Below, in pieces: positions 34,480 through 43,036 of a stretch of DNA of 44,613 bases. Below the pieces are notes generated by a model. That model was not told the origin of the DNA. It saw only the letters and a list, made by a program, of their open reading frames with translations, and did not search any database. Made by a program: the position numbers and the translations under genes. Position 1 is the first letter of the stretch. The number at the start of each line of letters is the position of its first letter. Where the stretch lies: NCBI GenBank assembly GCA_034666445.1, contig JAXDLV010000079.1, forward strand, positions 1 to 44,613. The letters are read 5' to 3'. The stretch is from Chloroflexota bacterium (lineage in GTDB: Bacteria > Chloroflexota > Dormibacteria > DASZGP01).

Positions 34480-35331
34480 CTAGAGGGCGCGGCGGATGCG
34501 GTCGCGGAGGTCGCGAGCGGCGTCGGCGGCGGCGTGCTGGTAGTCCGGCCCCGACCCGGCGTGCATGATCGCGCGGGACGAAGCCAGCAGGAACGGCTGG
34601 TCGCCCCCCTCCCCCGCCACCGCCTTGATGGCGGCGGCGACATCGCCGCCCTGGGCGCCGACGCCGGGTATCAGCAGCGGCATGTTGGGACACTCGGCGC
34701 GCACCGCCGCCAGCTCCTCGGGCCAGGTGGCGCCGGCAACGAGCCCGATGTTGCCGTTGGTGTCCCACTCCTTGGCCAGGCGGGCGACGGCGCGGTACAG
34801 CGGCTTACCGCCGACGTGCAGGTCCTGCAGGTCGCCCGCGCCCGGGTTCGACGTCCGGCAGAGCACGAACACGCCCTTGTCGGCGTGGTCGGCGAAGGGC
34901 TTGATGCTGTCCCAGCCCAGGTACGGGTTGACCGTGACCGCGGCGGCGCCGTAGACATTGAAGGCCGCATGCGCGTAGCGCTCGGCGGTGTTGCCGACGT
35001 CGGCGCGCTTGACGTCGAGGATCATCGGGATCTCCGTGGGCGCCGCGGCGATCACGGCCTGCAGCACCTCCATGCCGGGCGGTCCCATCGCCTCGTAGAA
35101 GGCCGAGTTCGGCTTGTAGGCGGCGGCGAACTCGGCGGTGGCCTCGATGATCCCGGTGACGAAGCGCAGGAGGTCCTCGGGGTCGGGCGCGAAGCCGGCA
35201 GGCAGCGATCGCATGTCGGGGTCCAGCCCCACGCAGACGTGCGACTCGCGCGTGGCGCAGGCGCCTATGAGGCGCTCGCGGAAGGTGAGTAGTGGACCGG
35301 CTTCGAGTGTGCCCGAGGTTGAGTCCATCAC
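34480..35331 (-). CDS. pyrF: Orotidine 5'-phosphate decarboxylase (type 2)
   Basis: 283 aa. HVCVGLDPD, ILDVKRADVGNT, and the long actinobacterial-type PyrF layout. Confidence 0.9.
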   Translation of the reverse strand: MMDSTSGTLEAGPLLTFRERLIGACATRESHVCVGLDPDMRSLPAGFAPDPEDLLRFVTGIIEATAEFAAAYKPNSAFYEAMGPPGMEVLQAVIAAAPTEIPMILDVKRADVGNTAERYAHAAFNVYGAAAVTVNPYLGWDSIKPFADHADKGVFVLCRTSNPGAGDLQDLHVGGKPLYRAVARLAKEWDTNGNIGLVAGATWPEELAAVRAECPNMPLLIPGVGAQGGDVAAAIKAVAGEGGDQPFLLASSRAIMHAGSGPDYQHAAADAARDLRDRIRRAL

Positions 35332-35349
35332 CCGCCGCCCCCCGCGCCG

Positions 35350-35610
35350 CTAGCCTTCGTGCGTCGAGAGGACCTTGAAGCCCTGCTGCTCGAGCTGGGC
35401 GATGCGCTTCTCCTGGTAGCCCCTCATGCCCGGCAGGGGGAAGGCGCCCGACTCATCCAGCGGTTCCTCGAACAGGACCCGGACCTCCTCCAGGAAGTCC
35501 ACGTCGGGGCCGCTGATCCAGCCGGTGTCAGTAACCTCCACCGCCGGCCCGCCCTTGCTCAACGTCCACACCTTCATGCCGGGACTGATCTTACCGACCG
35601 GCACGCGCAT
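35350..35610 (-). CDS. Small acidic protein, unknown function
   Basis: 86 aa, good GC3 bias, no recognisable motif. Confidence 0.55.
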   Translation of the reverse strand: MRVPVGKISPGMKVWTLSKGGPAVEVTDTGWISGPDVDFLEEVRVLFEEPLDESGAFPLPGMRGYQEKRIAQLEQQGFKVLSTHEG

Positions 35611-35640
35611 CCTGCCGATCGCGCGTTACCGAGGCTTGCG

Positions 35641-36723
35641 TCAGGTGCCCGTGTTGCCCTCGAGGTTGTGAGCGAGGGTGACGGAGAGCTGCCGGATCAT
35701 GGTCTTCCAGCCCTCGTCCTCAGCCTCGCTACAGCACCTGCCGACAATCATGTGGGCCGTGACTCGTCCCTGTGCGACGTGGACGTCGGTCTCATGCATG
35801 ACCTTGTTTTCGCCGTGCAGCCGATAGGGCGTTTGGAGCTCGTAGACGATCGACGGAGCGGCCACGTCGGGCGCGGGCCCTACCCGCCTCACTATGGTCT
35901 TGCCAGTTGGCGACGTGTCCGGTCCGGTAAGCCCCTCTTGCGACCAGCTGGTCAGGCACGGAAGGTACTGATCGGACGTGATTACCGCCCAGCTGCGGTC
36001 GCTGTCTGCGGCGGTGGCGGCGGTGGACACCGCGACATAGAGGTCCCCGCTGTAGCCATGGGCCGTCACGTTGTACTGGAAGGCACGATAGAAGTTGGAC
36101 GTCGGAGTGGCGAATGCCGTCGAGGCGCAGCGATGCTGGGCGAGGTCTTCCGGGGAGGAAAAGCCCTCATCGGCGAGGCGCCATCCGGGCGAGAGGGAGC
36201 TGGTGTCGATGGCGACTCGCCGCGCGAGCGCGCCGTCCACCTCCTGCCCCGCGGGCGCGCTCACTGGCTGCCGCGTGCTCGCCTGGGTGGCCGTCCGCGT
36301 GATCGGGTTGCCCCCGACGATCAGCACCACGATGATGCCCAGCGCGGACAGCCCGATGAGGCCGCCGCCGGCCGCGACCATGGCGGTCGGGTTGCGGAGG
36401 AAGGACCTGGTGCAGCCGACCGGCATTGCCATCCTCGCCGGCTCGGGGAAGGGCGGCGGTGGCGCGGCGCCAGGGAAGGTCGGGGGTGGTGTGAGCCCGG
36501 TGGCCACGGGCGGAGGCGCCGCCGGGGTGATCGCGTGGGAGTAGGACTGGAACGACCTGCCCGCCGCCAGTCCGGCGGACGTCGCGGCGGCGGCGTCAGC
36601 CCCCCTGGCAGCCGCGGCCGCCGCGGCCCTGATCGCCTCCTGCTGGGCCGCCTCGTCGCCGGGAAAGTGCCTGTTCGCCCACGCGGCCCAGTTGGCCGCG
36701 GTTTCGGATCCGCCCATGCGCAT
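35641..36723 (-). CDS. Single-pass membrane protein with a 4-Cys extracytoplasmic domain, unknown function
   Basis: About 360 aa from ATG 36723 (the track start at 36834 would overlap the cyclase). Ala/Pro-rich cytoplasmic N-terminus, TM helix LIGLSALGIIVVLIVGG, and an external domain with C...C...CC. Confidence 0.6.
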   Translation of the reverse strand: MRMGGSETAANWAAWANRHFPGDEAAQQEAIRAAAAAAARGADAAAATSAGLAAGRSFQSYSHAITPAAPPPVATGLTPPPTFPGAAPPPPFPEPARMAMPVGCTRSFLRNPTAMVAAGGGLIGLSALGIIVVLIVGGNPITRTATQASTRQPVSAPAGQEVDGALARRVAIDTSSLSPGWRLADEGFSSPEDLAQHRCASTAFATPTSNFYRAFQYNVTAHGYSGDLYVAVSTAATAADSDRSWAVITSDQYLPCLTSWSQEGLTGPDTSPTGKTIVRRVGPAPDVAAPSIVYELQTPYRLHGENKVMHETDVHVAQGRVTAHMIVGRCCSEAEDEGWKTMIRQLSVTLAHNLEGNTGT

Positions 36724-36797
36724 CAGGATGGGGTCTCGCTCCGCGCATGCAATCGAAAGGGCGCCGGTCGTGACAGCAGCGTGACATCTGTGGCGCC

Positions 36798-38135
36798 TCA
36801 GCCGGCGGCGGCGTCGAGGCTGAAGAGGCGCCACTCATCGGGAACGCCCTTGAGGCTGTGCCCGCCGCGGTCGGTGAACTGCAGCCCCGAGCCCGCCACC
36901 AGGTCCTTGACGGTGCTCGACACGAGCACCTCGTCGGCTGCTGCCGTGGCGCCGACCCGGGCCGCGATGTGCACCGCCAGCCCGCCGAAGCTACCGCCAA
37001 TGAGCTCGCACTCGCCGGTGTGCAGCCCGGTGCGCACCTGGATCCCCAGCGGCCGCAGCTGGTCGCGCAGAGATGCCGCACAGCGGACGGCGCGCGCCGG
37101 GCCGTCGAAGGTGGCCACCAAACCATCGCCTGTGTCCTTGACCTCCCTGCCGCGAAAGCTCTCCACCTCCGCCCGTAGGACCTCGAAGAAGCGCGTGACA
37201 AGCTCGGACCAGCGGGCGTGACCAAGGTTCGCGGCGCGCTCCGTCGAGCCGACCATGTCCGTGAACATCACCGTGGAGAGGACGTGGTCTGGCTCCGCCT
37301 CCGCGCGGGCGCCGGTGATGAACTCCTCGATCTCGCCGAGGATGACATCCTGTGTCTCCAGGTCGGTGACCATGTGGTCGCTGCCGGGGATCTCCGCGTA
37401 GCGCGCCCCAGGGATGCTCGCGGCCAGCTTGCGCCCAGCGTCGACATGCACCATCTGGTCCCCGGCGCGGTGAAGGATGAGGGTGGGTGCCTGGACCGTG
37501 GGCAGGAGGTGGCGCACGTCGATGTCGTAGTTGGCCCGCATCAACGCCACGATCCCGCCAGGGCTGGCCGCCGCCCGCTCGAACCTCGAGAACCAATCCA
37601 GGAACGCCGGGTCGCCACGGCGGCTGGGCGCATTCGCCTTGAGGAGCGCTCCCTGGCCCCAGTTGTCCGTGAGCCTGTCGAGGAACCGTTCAAAAGCCTC
37701 CGGGGTGACCTCCGGGGGGCCTTCGCGAATCGATGCGAACGTCCCATAGAGGACGAGGGCCGATGTCCGCTCGGGATAGGTCGCCGCGAACATCAGGCAC
37801 ATCGGGCCACCCTCCGACCAGCCGTAGATGGTCGCCTGCTCAGAGCCGGCCGCGTCCATCACCGCGCGGACGTCGCTGATCCGCCCCTCGAGGGTTTGCT
37901 CCCCGGCCCGGTCGGAGAGGCCCTGGCCCCGTTTGTCGAAGACGATCACCCGGGCGAACCGGGTCAGGCCCTCAAGCAGGTGGCGGTTGCTGGGGATCTC
38001 CCACAGCAGCTCGACATGAGAGATCGTTCCCGGGATCACCACGATGTCCCGAGGTCCCTCCCCGAACACCCGGTAGGCGACGTGGACATCGCCGTTGCGC
38101 GTGTACCGCACCGAGCTGTCCATTTCTTCCTGCAC
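36798..38135 (-). CDS. Alpha/beta-hydrolase fused to a class III adenylate/guanylate cyclase (LipJ/Rv1900c-like architecture)
   Basis: 445 aa. The N-half has an alpha/beta-hydrolase pattern (IYGWSEGG nucleophile elbow). The C-half has cyclase motifs (VMFTDMVGST, KDTGDGLVATF, RTGLHTGE, GLAVHIAARV). Confidence 0.88.
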   Translation of the reverse strand: MQEEMDSSVRYTRNGDVHVAYRVFGEGPRDIVVIPGTISHVELLWEIPSNRHLLEGLTRFARVIVFDKRGQGLSDRAGEQTLEGRISDVRAVMDAAGSEQATIYGWSEGGPMCLMFAATYPERTSALVLYGTFASIREGPPEVTPEAFERFLDRLTDNWGQGALLKANAPSRRGDPAFLDWFSRFERAAASPGGIVALMRANYDIDVRHLLPTVQAPTLILHRAGDQMVHVDAGRKLAASIPGARYAEIPGSDHMVTDLETQDVILGEIEEFITGARAEAEPDHVLSTVMFTDMVGSTERAANLGHARWSELVTRFFEVLRAEVESFRGREVKDTGDGLVATFDGPARAVRCAASLRDQLRPLGIQVRTGLHTGECELIGGSFGGLAVHIAARVGATAAADEVLVSSTVKDLVAGSGLQFTDRGGHSLKGVPDEWRLFSLDAAAG

Positions 38136-38171
38136 CCCTACCAGAAGGACAAGGCGACCGCGGATCGAGGG

Positions 38172-38248
38172 TGGTCGGCGAGACAGGATTTGAACCTGCG
38201 ACCCCCAGTCCCCCAGACTGGTGCGCTACCGAGCTGCGCCACTCGCCG
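38172..38248 (-). tRNA. tRNA-Pro (anticodon GGG)
   Basis: 77 nt, folded by hand. Acceptor CGGCGAG/CTCGCCG, D arm GCGC-AGCTCGGTA-GCGC, anticodon arm CCAGT-CTGGGGG-ACTGG, T arm GCAGG-TTCAAAT-CCTGT, discriminator A, encoded CCA. Confidence 0.93.
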
Positions 38249-38261
38249 GCCGGAGGCGATT

Positions 38262-39296
38262 CTAGCCCAGCCCCAGTCCCTCGACCTCACTGCGGCCGGT
38301 TCGGGTCATCAGCTTCGCCGTGACCGTCAGGACGTCGGCGCCGTCGAACAGGATCTCGCCGAGCGCGGTGGCGATCGGCAGCTCCAGGCCCAGGCGCTCG
38401 CCCAGGCTGATGGCCACGCGGGTGGTGTTGACGCCCTCCGCCACCATCGTGAGCTTCCCCTCGATATCGGCCAGGCTCTCGCCCTTGCCAATGCCCTCCC
38501 CCACCATCCGGTTGCGGCTGTGCGGCGAAGAGCAGGTGACGATCAGGTCGCCCAGCCCGGTCAGCCCGGAGAAGGTGCGCGCCCGCGCCCCGAGCGCCAC
38601 GCCGAGGCGCGTCATCTCCACCAGGCCGCGGGTCATCAGCGCGGCCTTGGCGTTGTCGCCGGCCCCCATCCCGTCGGCGATGCCGGCGGCGATGGCGACC
38701 ACGTTCTTCATCGCCCCACCCACCTCCACGCCCACCACGTCGTCGTTGGTGTAGGCGCGCAGCCGGCTCCCCGACAGCCGCCGCTGGGCGTCCTCGGCGC
38801 GGGGGCCGTTGGCGCAGGCGATCACCGTCGCGGTGGGCAGCCCCTGGGCCACCTCCACCGCGATGTTGGGCCCCGACAGCGCCCCCACCACCGCGCGCTC
38901 GCCGAGCGCCTCCGCCAGCACCTGGGACATCAGGCGCCCCGTGTCGGGGTCGAGACCCTTGGCGGCGCTCAGCACCAGCGGCGCGTCGGTGCCGCGGCGC
39001 GACTGGGTGCGCATAACTGCCGACATCGCCCGGGCCGTGACGGCCATCGCCTTGGCGGGCACGGCCATGATGACGATCGGCACCTTGTAGACTGCGTCGG
39101 CCAGGTCGTCGGTCAGGAACACCTTCTCCGGCAGCTCGGCGTCCGTGAGGTAGCGCGGGTTGCGCCGGGTGGCCTTCATCGCCGCCACCTGGGTGCTGTC
39201 GCGCGACCACAGGTAGACCTCGCCCGCCCGGGCCAGGTTGCACGCCAGCGCCGTGCCCCAGCTGCCCGCCCCGACGATGGCGACGCGGTCGCTAAT
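38262..39296 (-). CDS. gpsA: NAD(P)H-dependent glycerol-3-phosphate dehydrogenase (probable ATT start)
   Basis: The Rossmann motif VAIVGAGSWGTALA is encoded upstream of the first canonical start (GTG 39188). Between an in-frame TGA and that GTG there is no ATG/GTG/TTG. ATT at 39296-39294 has GGAG 6 nt upstream and overlaps the der stop. Confidence 0.88.
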   Translation of the reverse strand: MSDRVAIVGAGSWGTALACNLARAGEVYLWSRDSTQVAAMKATRRNPRYLTDAELPEKVFLTDDLADAVYKVPIVIMAVPAKAMAVTARAMSAVMRTQSRRGTDAPLVLSAAKGLDPDTGRLMSQVLAEALGERAVVGALSGPNIAVEVAQGLPTATVIACANGPRAEDAQRRLSGSRLRAYTNDDVVGVEVGGAMKNVVAIAAGIADGMGAGDNAKAALMTRGLVEMTRLGVALGARARTFSGLTGLGDLIVTCSSPHSRNRMVGEGIGKGESLADIEGKLTMVAEGVNTTRVAISLGERLGLELPIATALGEILFDGADVLTVTAKLMTRTGRSEVEGLGLG

Positions 39297-40641
39297 CGCG
39301 TTCTCCGTCGGCGCGCTTGCGCAGCAGGACCCGCAGCGGCACGCCCGCGAAGCCGTACGCGTCCCGCAGCCGGTTCTCGAGGTAGCGCTTGTAGGAGAAG
39401 TGCGTCAGGGTCGGGTCGTTGACAAAGAGCACGATCGTCGGCGTGCGCTCCTTGCCCTGGGTGGCGTACAGGACCTTCAGCTGCTTGCCCTTGCGCATCG
39501 CCGGCGGGTTGGCCTCGACCGCCTTGCGCACCACGCGGTTCAGGTCGGGCGTGGAAATGCGCCGCCGCCGCGCCTCATCGACGGCGATCGCCGCGGGCAG
39601 CACGTCGGCCACCCGCCGGCCGTTCTTCGCCGACGCGTAGATGACCGGGACGCCGGGGATGAACTTGAACGCGTTGTCGACCTTGTGCCGCCAGATCTTG
39701 TCGTCGCGCTCCTCGGGGGGCAGCAGGTCCCACTTGTTGACCGCCACCACCACGCCCTTGCCGGCGTCGATGGCGTAGCCGGCGATGTGCTGGTCCTGCA
39801 GAAGGATCCCCTCAGGGGCCTCCACGACCACCACGGCGACGTCGGAGCGCTCCAGCGCCTTAAGGCCGCGCAGCACGCTGTAGTGCTCGACGCCGCCCTT
39901 GGTGACGCCCTTGCGGCGGATGCCGGCGGTGTCCACCAGGCGCACGCGGCGGCCGTCCACCTCCAGCTCGGTGTCGACGGGGTCGCGAGTGGTCCCGGGG
40001 ATCGACGCCACCAGGCTGCGCTCGTCGCCCAGCAGGGCGTTCAGGAGCGACGACTTGCCGACGTTGGGCCGCCCCAGTATGGAGATCGACGTCACCTCCG
40101 AGTCCTCCCCGGGCGGCGTCTCAACGGGCGCGGGCAGCATGTCGACAACCTTGTCCAGCAGGTCGCCCACATTGGTGCCCTGCAGGGCGGAGACGGCGAT
40201 CGGCTCGTCGAAGCCGAGGCCGTAAAGCTCGTGCAGGTAGCCGGGGTCGCGGGGGCTCTCGGATTTGTTCGCCGCCACGACGACCGGGAGCCCGCCGGCG
40301 CGCAGCATGTCGGCCACCTCGGTGTCCAGCGGCGTGAGCCCGGCGCGGACGTCGACCACGAAGATCAGCGCGTCGGCCTCCGCCAGCGCCGTCCTGGTGC
40401 CCTGCTGGGTGTTCTCCACCAGCTCGCCGCGCGCCTGGCTGTCGAGCCCGGCGGTGTCCACCACCGTGAAGTCCCGGCCGCCCCAGTCGGTGACCCCGTA
40501 CAGCCGGTCGCGGGTCAGCCCGGCCTCGGCGTCCACGATCGCCTGGCGCCGGCCCACCAGCCGGTTGAAGAGCGTGGATTTGCCGACGTTGGGGCGCCCG
40601 ACGATCGCCACCATGGGCAGGGACGCGCGCGCGACGCTCAT
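39292..40641 (-). CDS. der: Ribosome-associated GTPase Der (EngA)
   Basis: 449 aa. Two tandem G domains (GRPNVGKSTLFN; GRPNVGKSSLLN) plus a KH-like C-terminus. The start may instead be the internal ATG 40614. Confidence 0.95.
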   Translation of the reverse strand: MSVARASLPMVAIVGRPNVGKSTLFNRLVGRRQAIVDAEAGLTRDRLYGVTDWGGRDFTVVDTAGLDSQARGELVENTQQGTRTALAEADALIFVVDVRAGLTPLDTEVADMLRAGGLPVVVAANKSESPRDPGYLHELYGLGFDEPIAVSALQGTNVGDLLDKVVDMLPAPVETPPGEDSEVTSISILGRPNVGKSSLLNALLGDERSLVASIPGTTRDPVDTELEVDGRRVRLVDTAGIRRKGVTKGGVEHYSVLRGLKALERSDVAVVVVEAPEGILLQDQHIAGYAIDAGKGVVVAVNKWDLLPPEERDDKIWRHKVDNAFKFIPGVPVIYASAKNGRRVADVLPAAIAVDEARRRRISTPDLNRVVRKAVEANPPAMRKGKQLKVLYATQGKERTPTIVLFVNDPTLTHFSYKRYLENRLRDAYGFAGVPLRVLLRKRADGERD

Positions 40642-40690
40642 GGCCGAAGGCTAATGCACCGCCGCGCCACCAGGGCCGCGATGGTGTAGC

Positions 40691-41425
40691 TTGGCAGCCA
40701 TGCCCGGTATCGGCTCGGTCTTCGGTCTGCCATTCAAGACACCCAACTGGCTGGGCACCTTCGCGGTCATGGGGTTGATCACCCTGATCCCGATCGCCGG
40801 CCAGATGAACCTCTACGGCTGGGTCCTCACGCAGCTGGACTACTACCGCGCCGGCCGCGAGGACGTGCCTCCCGCCGGCCTCCACTACATCTCCCGGGGC
40901 GTGAACATCTTCATCGTCACGCTGGTCTGGGCGCTGCCGATCATCCTCGTGCTCGGCCTTGGCTTCGTGGTCTTCTACGGGTCGATCTTCGCGGCGGCGG
41001 CCTCGTGCACCGGCAGCTCCTGCCGTGGCTCCAGCGGCTCCGCGGCGGGGGCTGCGATGGGGGTCAGCTTCACGCTCTTCTTCGTCGCGATCATCCTGGT
41101 CTCCATCTATGGCCTGCTGCTGCAGTTCCTGCAGCCCGCAATCTGGATCGCCACCGAGCGCGGCGGGACCCGCGCGGGGATGTCACCGCGGTACGTCTGG
41201 GCGCTGGCCACGCACAACACCGGCAACACCCTGATCGCGGCGCTGCTGGAGTACGCGGCGCGCTTCCTCGGCAGCCTCGGCATCTACGCGTGCTATGTCG
41301 GCTACATCTTCACCGCCCCCTACGGGGCGCTGGTCATGGCCGGGATCCTGCGCCACTACGAGCACGCGCTCGACAACCAGCAGGCGGCGGTGCCGCCGTC
41401 GCTCCCGCCCGCGCCGGCGGTCTAG
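40691..41425 (+). CDS. Polytopic membrane protein, DUF4013-like (tentative)
   Basis: 244 aa. FGLPFKTPNWLGTFAVMGLITLIPIAGQMNLYGWVL resembles DUF4013 N-termini. The start is TTG 40691 or ATG 40700. Confidence 0.7.
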   Translation: MAAMPGIGSVFGLPFKTPNWLGTFAVMGLITLIPIAGQMNLYGWVLTQLDYYRAGREDVPPAGLHYISRGVNIFIVTLVWALPIILVLGLGFVVFYGSIFAAAASCTGSSCRGSSGSAAGAAMGVSFTLFFVAIILVSIYGLLLQFLQPAIWIATERGGTRAGMSPRYVWALATHNTGNTLIAALLEYAARFLGSLGIYACYVGYIFTAPYGALVMAGILRHYEHALDNQQAAVPPSLPPAPAV

Positions 41426-41841
41426 TCCCGCATCGCCTCCTCCCGGAACACCGGGGGGTCCTCGGAGTCCAGCACCCACGCGGTCACGTCCACGTGCTTC
41501 CCCGAGAGGATGGCCATGATCACGTAGACGTAGGTCGCCCAGGCGTGGTCGGCGTCGTACTCCGAGGGGCGCGCCGGGTGGTCCGGGTGGGTGTGCCAGA
41601 ACCCGACCACCTCCAGCCCCCGCTCGCGGGCGTCGCGCTCGGCCTGCAGCTGGTCCCTGGGATCCATGATGTAGCGATCACGGGCGCGGTCCTGGCGCAG
41701 GTTGGTGGCGCGCCGGACCTCGGCCACCTCGGCCTCGCCGCCGTCGCCGAAGCTGCCCAGGAAGATGCCGCAACCCTCGTTGGGATAGGCCGCCTCCCCC
41801 ATCACGCGCATGTCCTCGCGCTGCGCCGCGGTGATCCTCAC
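41422..41841 (-). CDS. mec: JAMM/MPN+ metalloprotease (Mec/CysO-cysteine peptidase-like)
   Basis: 139 aa from GTG 41841 (GTGA overlap with the cysM stop). EGCG and the JAMM motif HTHPDHPARPSEYD. Confidence 0.85.
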   Translation of the reverse strand: MRITAAQREDMRVMGEAAYPNEGCGIFLGSFGDGGEAEVAEVRRATNLRQDRARDRYIMDPRDQLQAERDARERGLEVVGFWHTHPDHPARPSEYDADHAWATYVYVIMAILSGKHVDVTAWVLDSEDPPVFREEAMRD

Positions 41842-42749
41842 AGCCGGCTCTGGTAGAGGCCGCCGGAGAGGTAGCGGTCGCCCCCGTCGGGGAAGATCAT
41901 CACCACCACTGCGGACTCCAGCCCGCGTGTGACCTCGGCGGCGCCCCACAGCGCGGCGCCGCAGCTGTGGCCGCTGAGGATGCCCTCACCGCGGGCCAGG
42001 GCCCGGGCAAGGTCATACGCGTCCTCGGTCTCGACGTCGACCAGGATGTCGTGGACGCTCTCGTCATAGATGCCAGGGCGGATTGCGGTCGGGATGTGCT
42101 TGAGCCCCTCCAGCCCGTGCCAGCCGCTGGACGGCTGCACCGCCACCACCTTGATATCGGGGTTGTGCTCGTGAAGGCGGCGCCCCGTGCCCACCACCGT
42201 CCCGCTGGTGCCGAGGCCGGCGACGAAGTGGGTCACCCGCCCGTCGGTCTGCTCCAGGATCTCGGGCGCGGTGGTGTGGTAGTGGGCCAGCGGGTTGTTG
42301 GGGTTGTTGTACTGGTCGGGCATGTAGTAGGTGTCGGGCTCCTTCTCCAGCATCTCGCGGGCCACCAGGATGGCGCCGTCGGAACCCTCCGCCGGGTCGG
42401 AGAACACGATCTCGCCGCCATAGGCGCGGACGGTCTCGATCCGCTCCTGGCTCACGTTCTGGGGCATCACCAGCCGCAGGCGGTAGCCCTTGGCGGACGC
42501 CACCATCGCGTAGCCGATGCCGGTGTTGCCTGACGTCGAGTCAAGGATCACCCGGTCCCGGGTCAGCTCACCGGAGCGCTCCGCCTCCTCGATCATCCGC
42601 TTGGCGGCGCGGTCCTTGACCGACCCGCCGGGGTTGAACCACTCGGCTTTGGCGTAGAACTCGACGCCGGGATGGCTGTCCTCGAACAGGTGGATGCGAA
42701 TCAGCGGCGTGTTGCCCACCCGGTCCAGGATGCTGTCGGCGACGTTCAT
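41838..42749 (-). CDS. cysM: PLP-dependent cysteine synthase (CysM/CysK family)
   Basis: 303 aa. GNTPLIR, PLP lysine in NPGGSVKDR, STSGNTGIG. Confidence 0.88.
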   Translation of the reverse strand: MNVADSILDRVGNTPLIRIHLFEDSHPGVEFYAKAEWFNPGGSVKDRAAKRMIEEAERSGELTRDRVILDSTSGNTGIGYAMVASAKGYRLRLVMPQNVSQERIETVRAYGGEIVFSDPAEGSDGAILVAREMLEKEPDTYYMPDQYNNPNNPLAHYHTTAPEILEQTDGRVTHFVAGLGTSGTVVGTGRRLHEHNPDIKVVAVQPSSGWHGLEGLKHIPTAIRPGIYDESVHDILVDVETEDAYDLARALARGEGILSGHSCGAALWGAAEVTRGLESAVVVMIFPDGGDRYLSGGLYQSRL

Positions 42750-42789
42750 CGGGGCCCCCGGGCGGTCATCCCGCGAGTATATGGACGGC

Positions 42790-42987
42790 CTATTTGACGA
42801 CGTAGCGGATCAGGACGACGGTGATCCCCGCCAGCAGCACCAGGCCGACGCCGTAGCCGACGGCGCTCCGCGTGATCACCGAGTACTGCCGCGGCAGGAT
42901 GTTCATGATCGCCTTGCCTGCGAGCAGGCCGATGCCGATGGCGGCCACCGATGGGTGCCCCGCCACGATCCCGAACACCGCCACCAC
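42790..42987 (-). CDS. Small two-TM membrane protein, unknown function (N-terminus possibly longer)
   Basis: 65 aa from GTG 42987. The in-frame upstream sequence LGPYTALQLVETAIFA continues the first hydrophobic helix back to CTG 43035, 1 nt after the upstream stop. Confidence 0.5.
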   Translation of the reverse strand: MVAVFGIVAGHPSVAAIGIGLLAGKAIMNILPRQYSVITRSAVGYGVGLVLLAGITVVLIRYVVK

Positions 42988-43036
42988 CGCGAAGATGGCG
43001 GTCTCGACCAGCTGGAGGGCGGTGTAGGGCCCCAGC

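Noticed and set aside
35359-39422. Two long plus-strand ORFs (35359-37221, 620 aa; 37218-39422, 734 aa).
   Set aside because: They run antisense to the cyclase fusion, to gpsA and even through the tRNA-Pro. They are Arg/Gly/Ala/Pro-rich with no motifs. The minus-strand genes are well supported.
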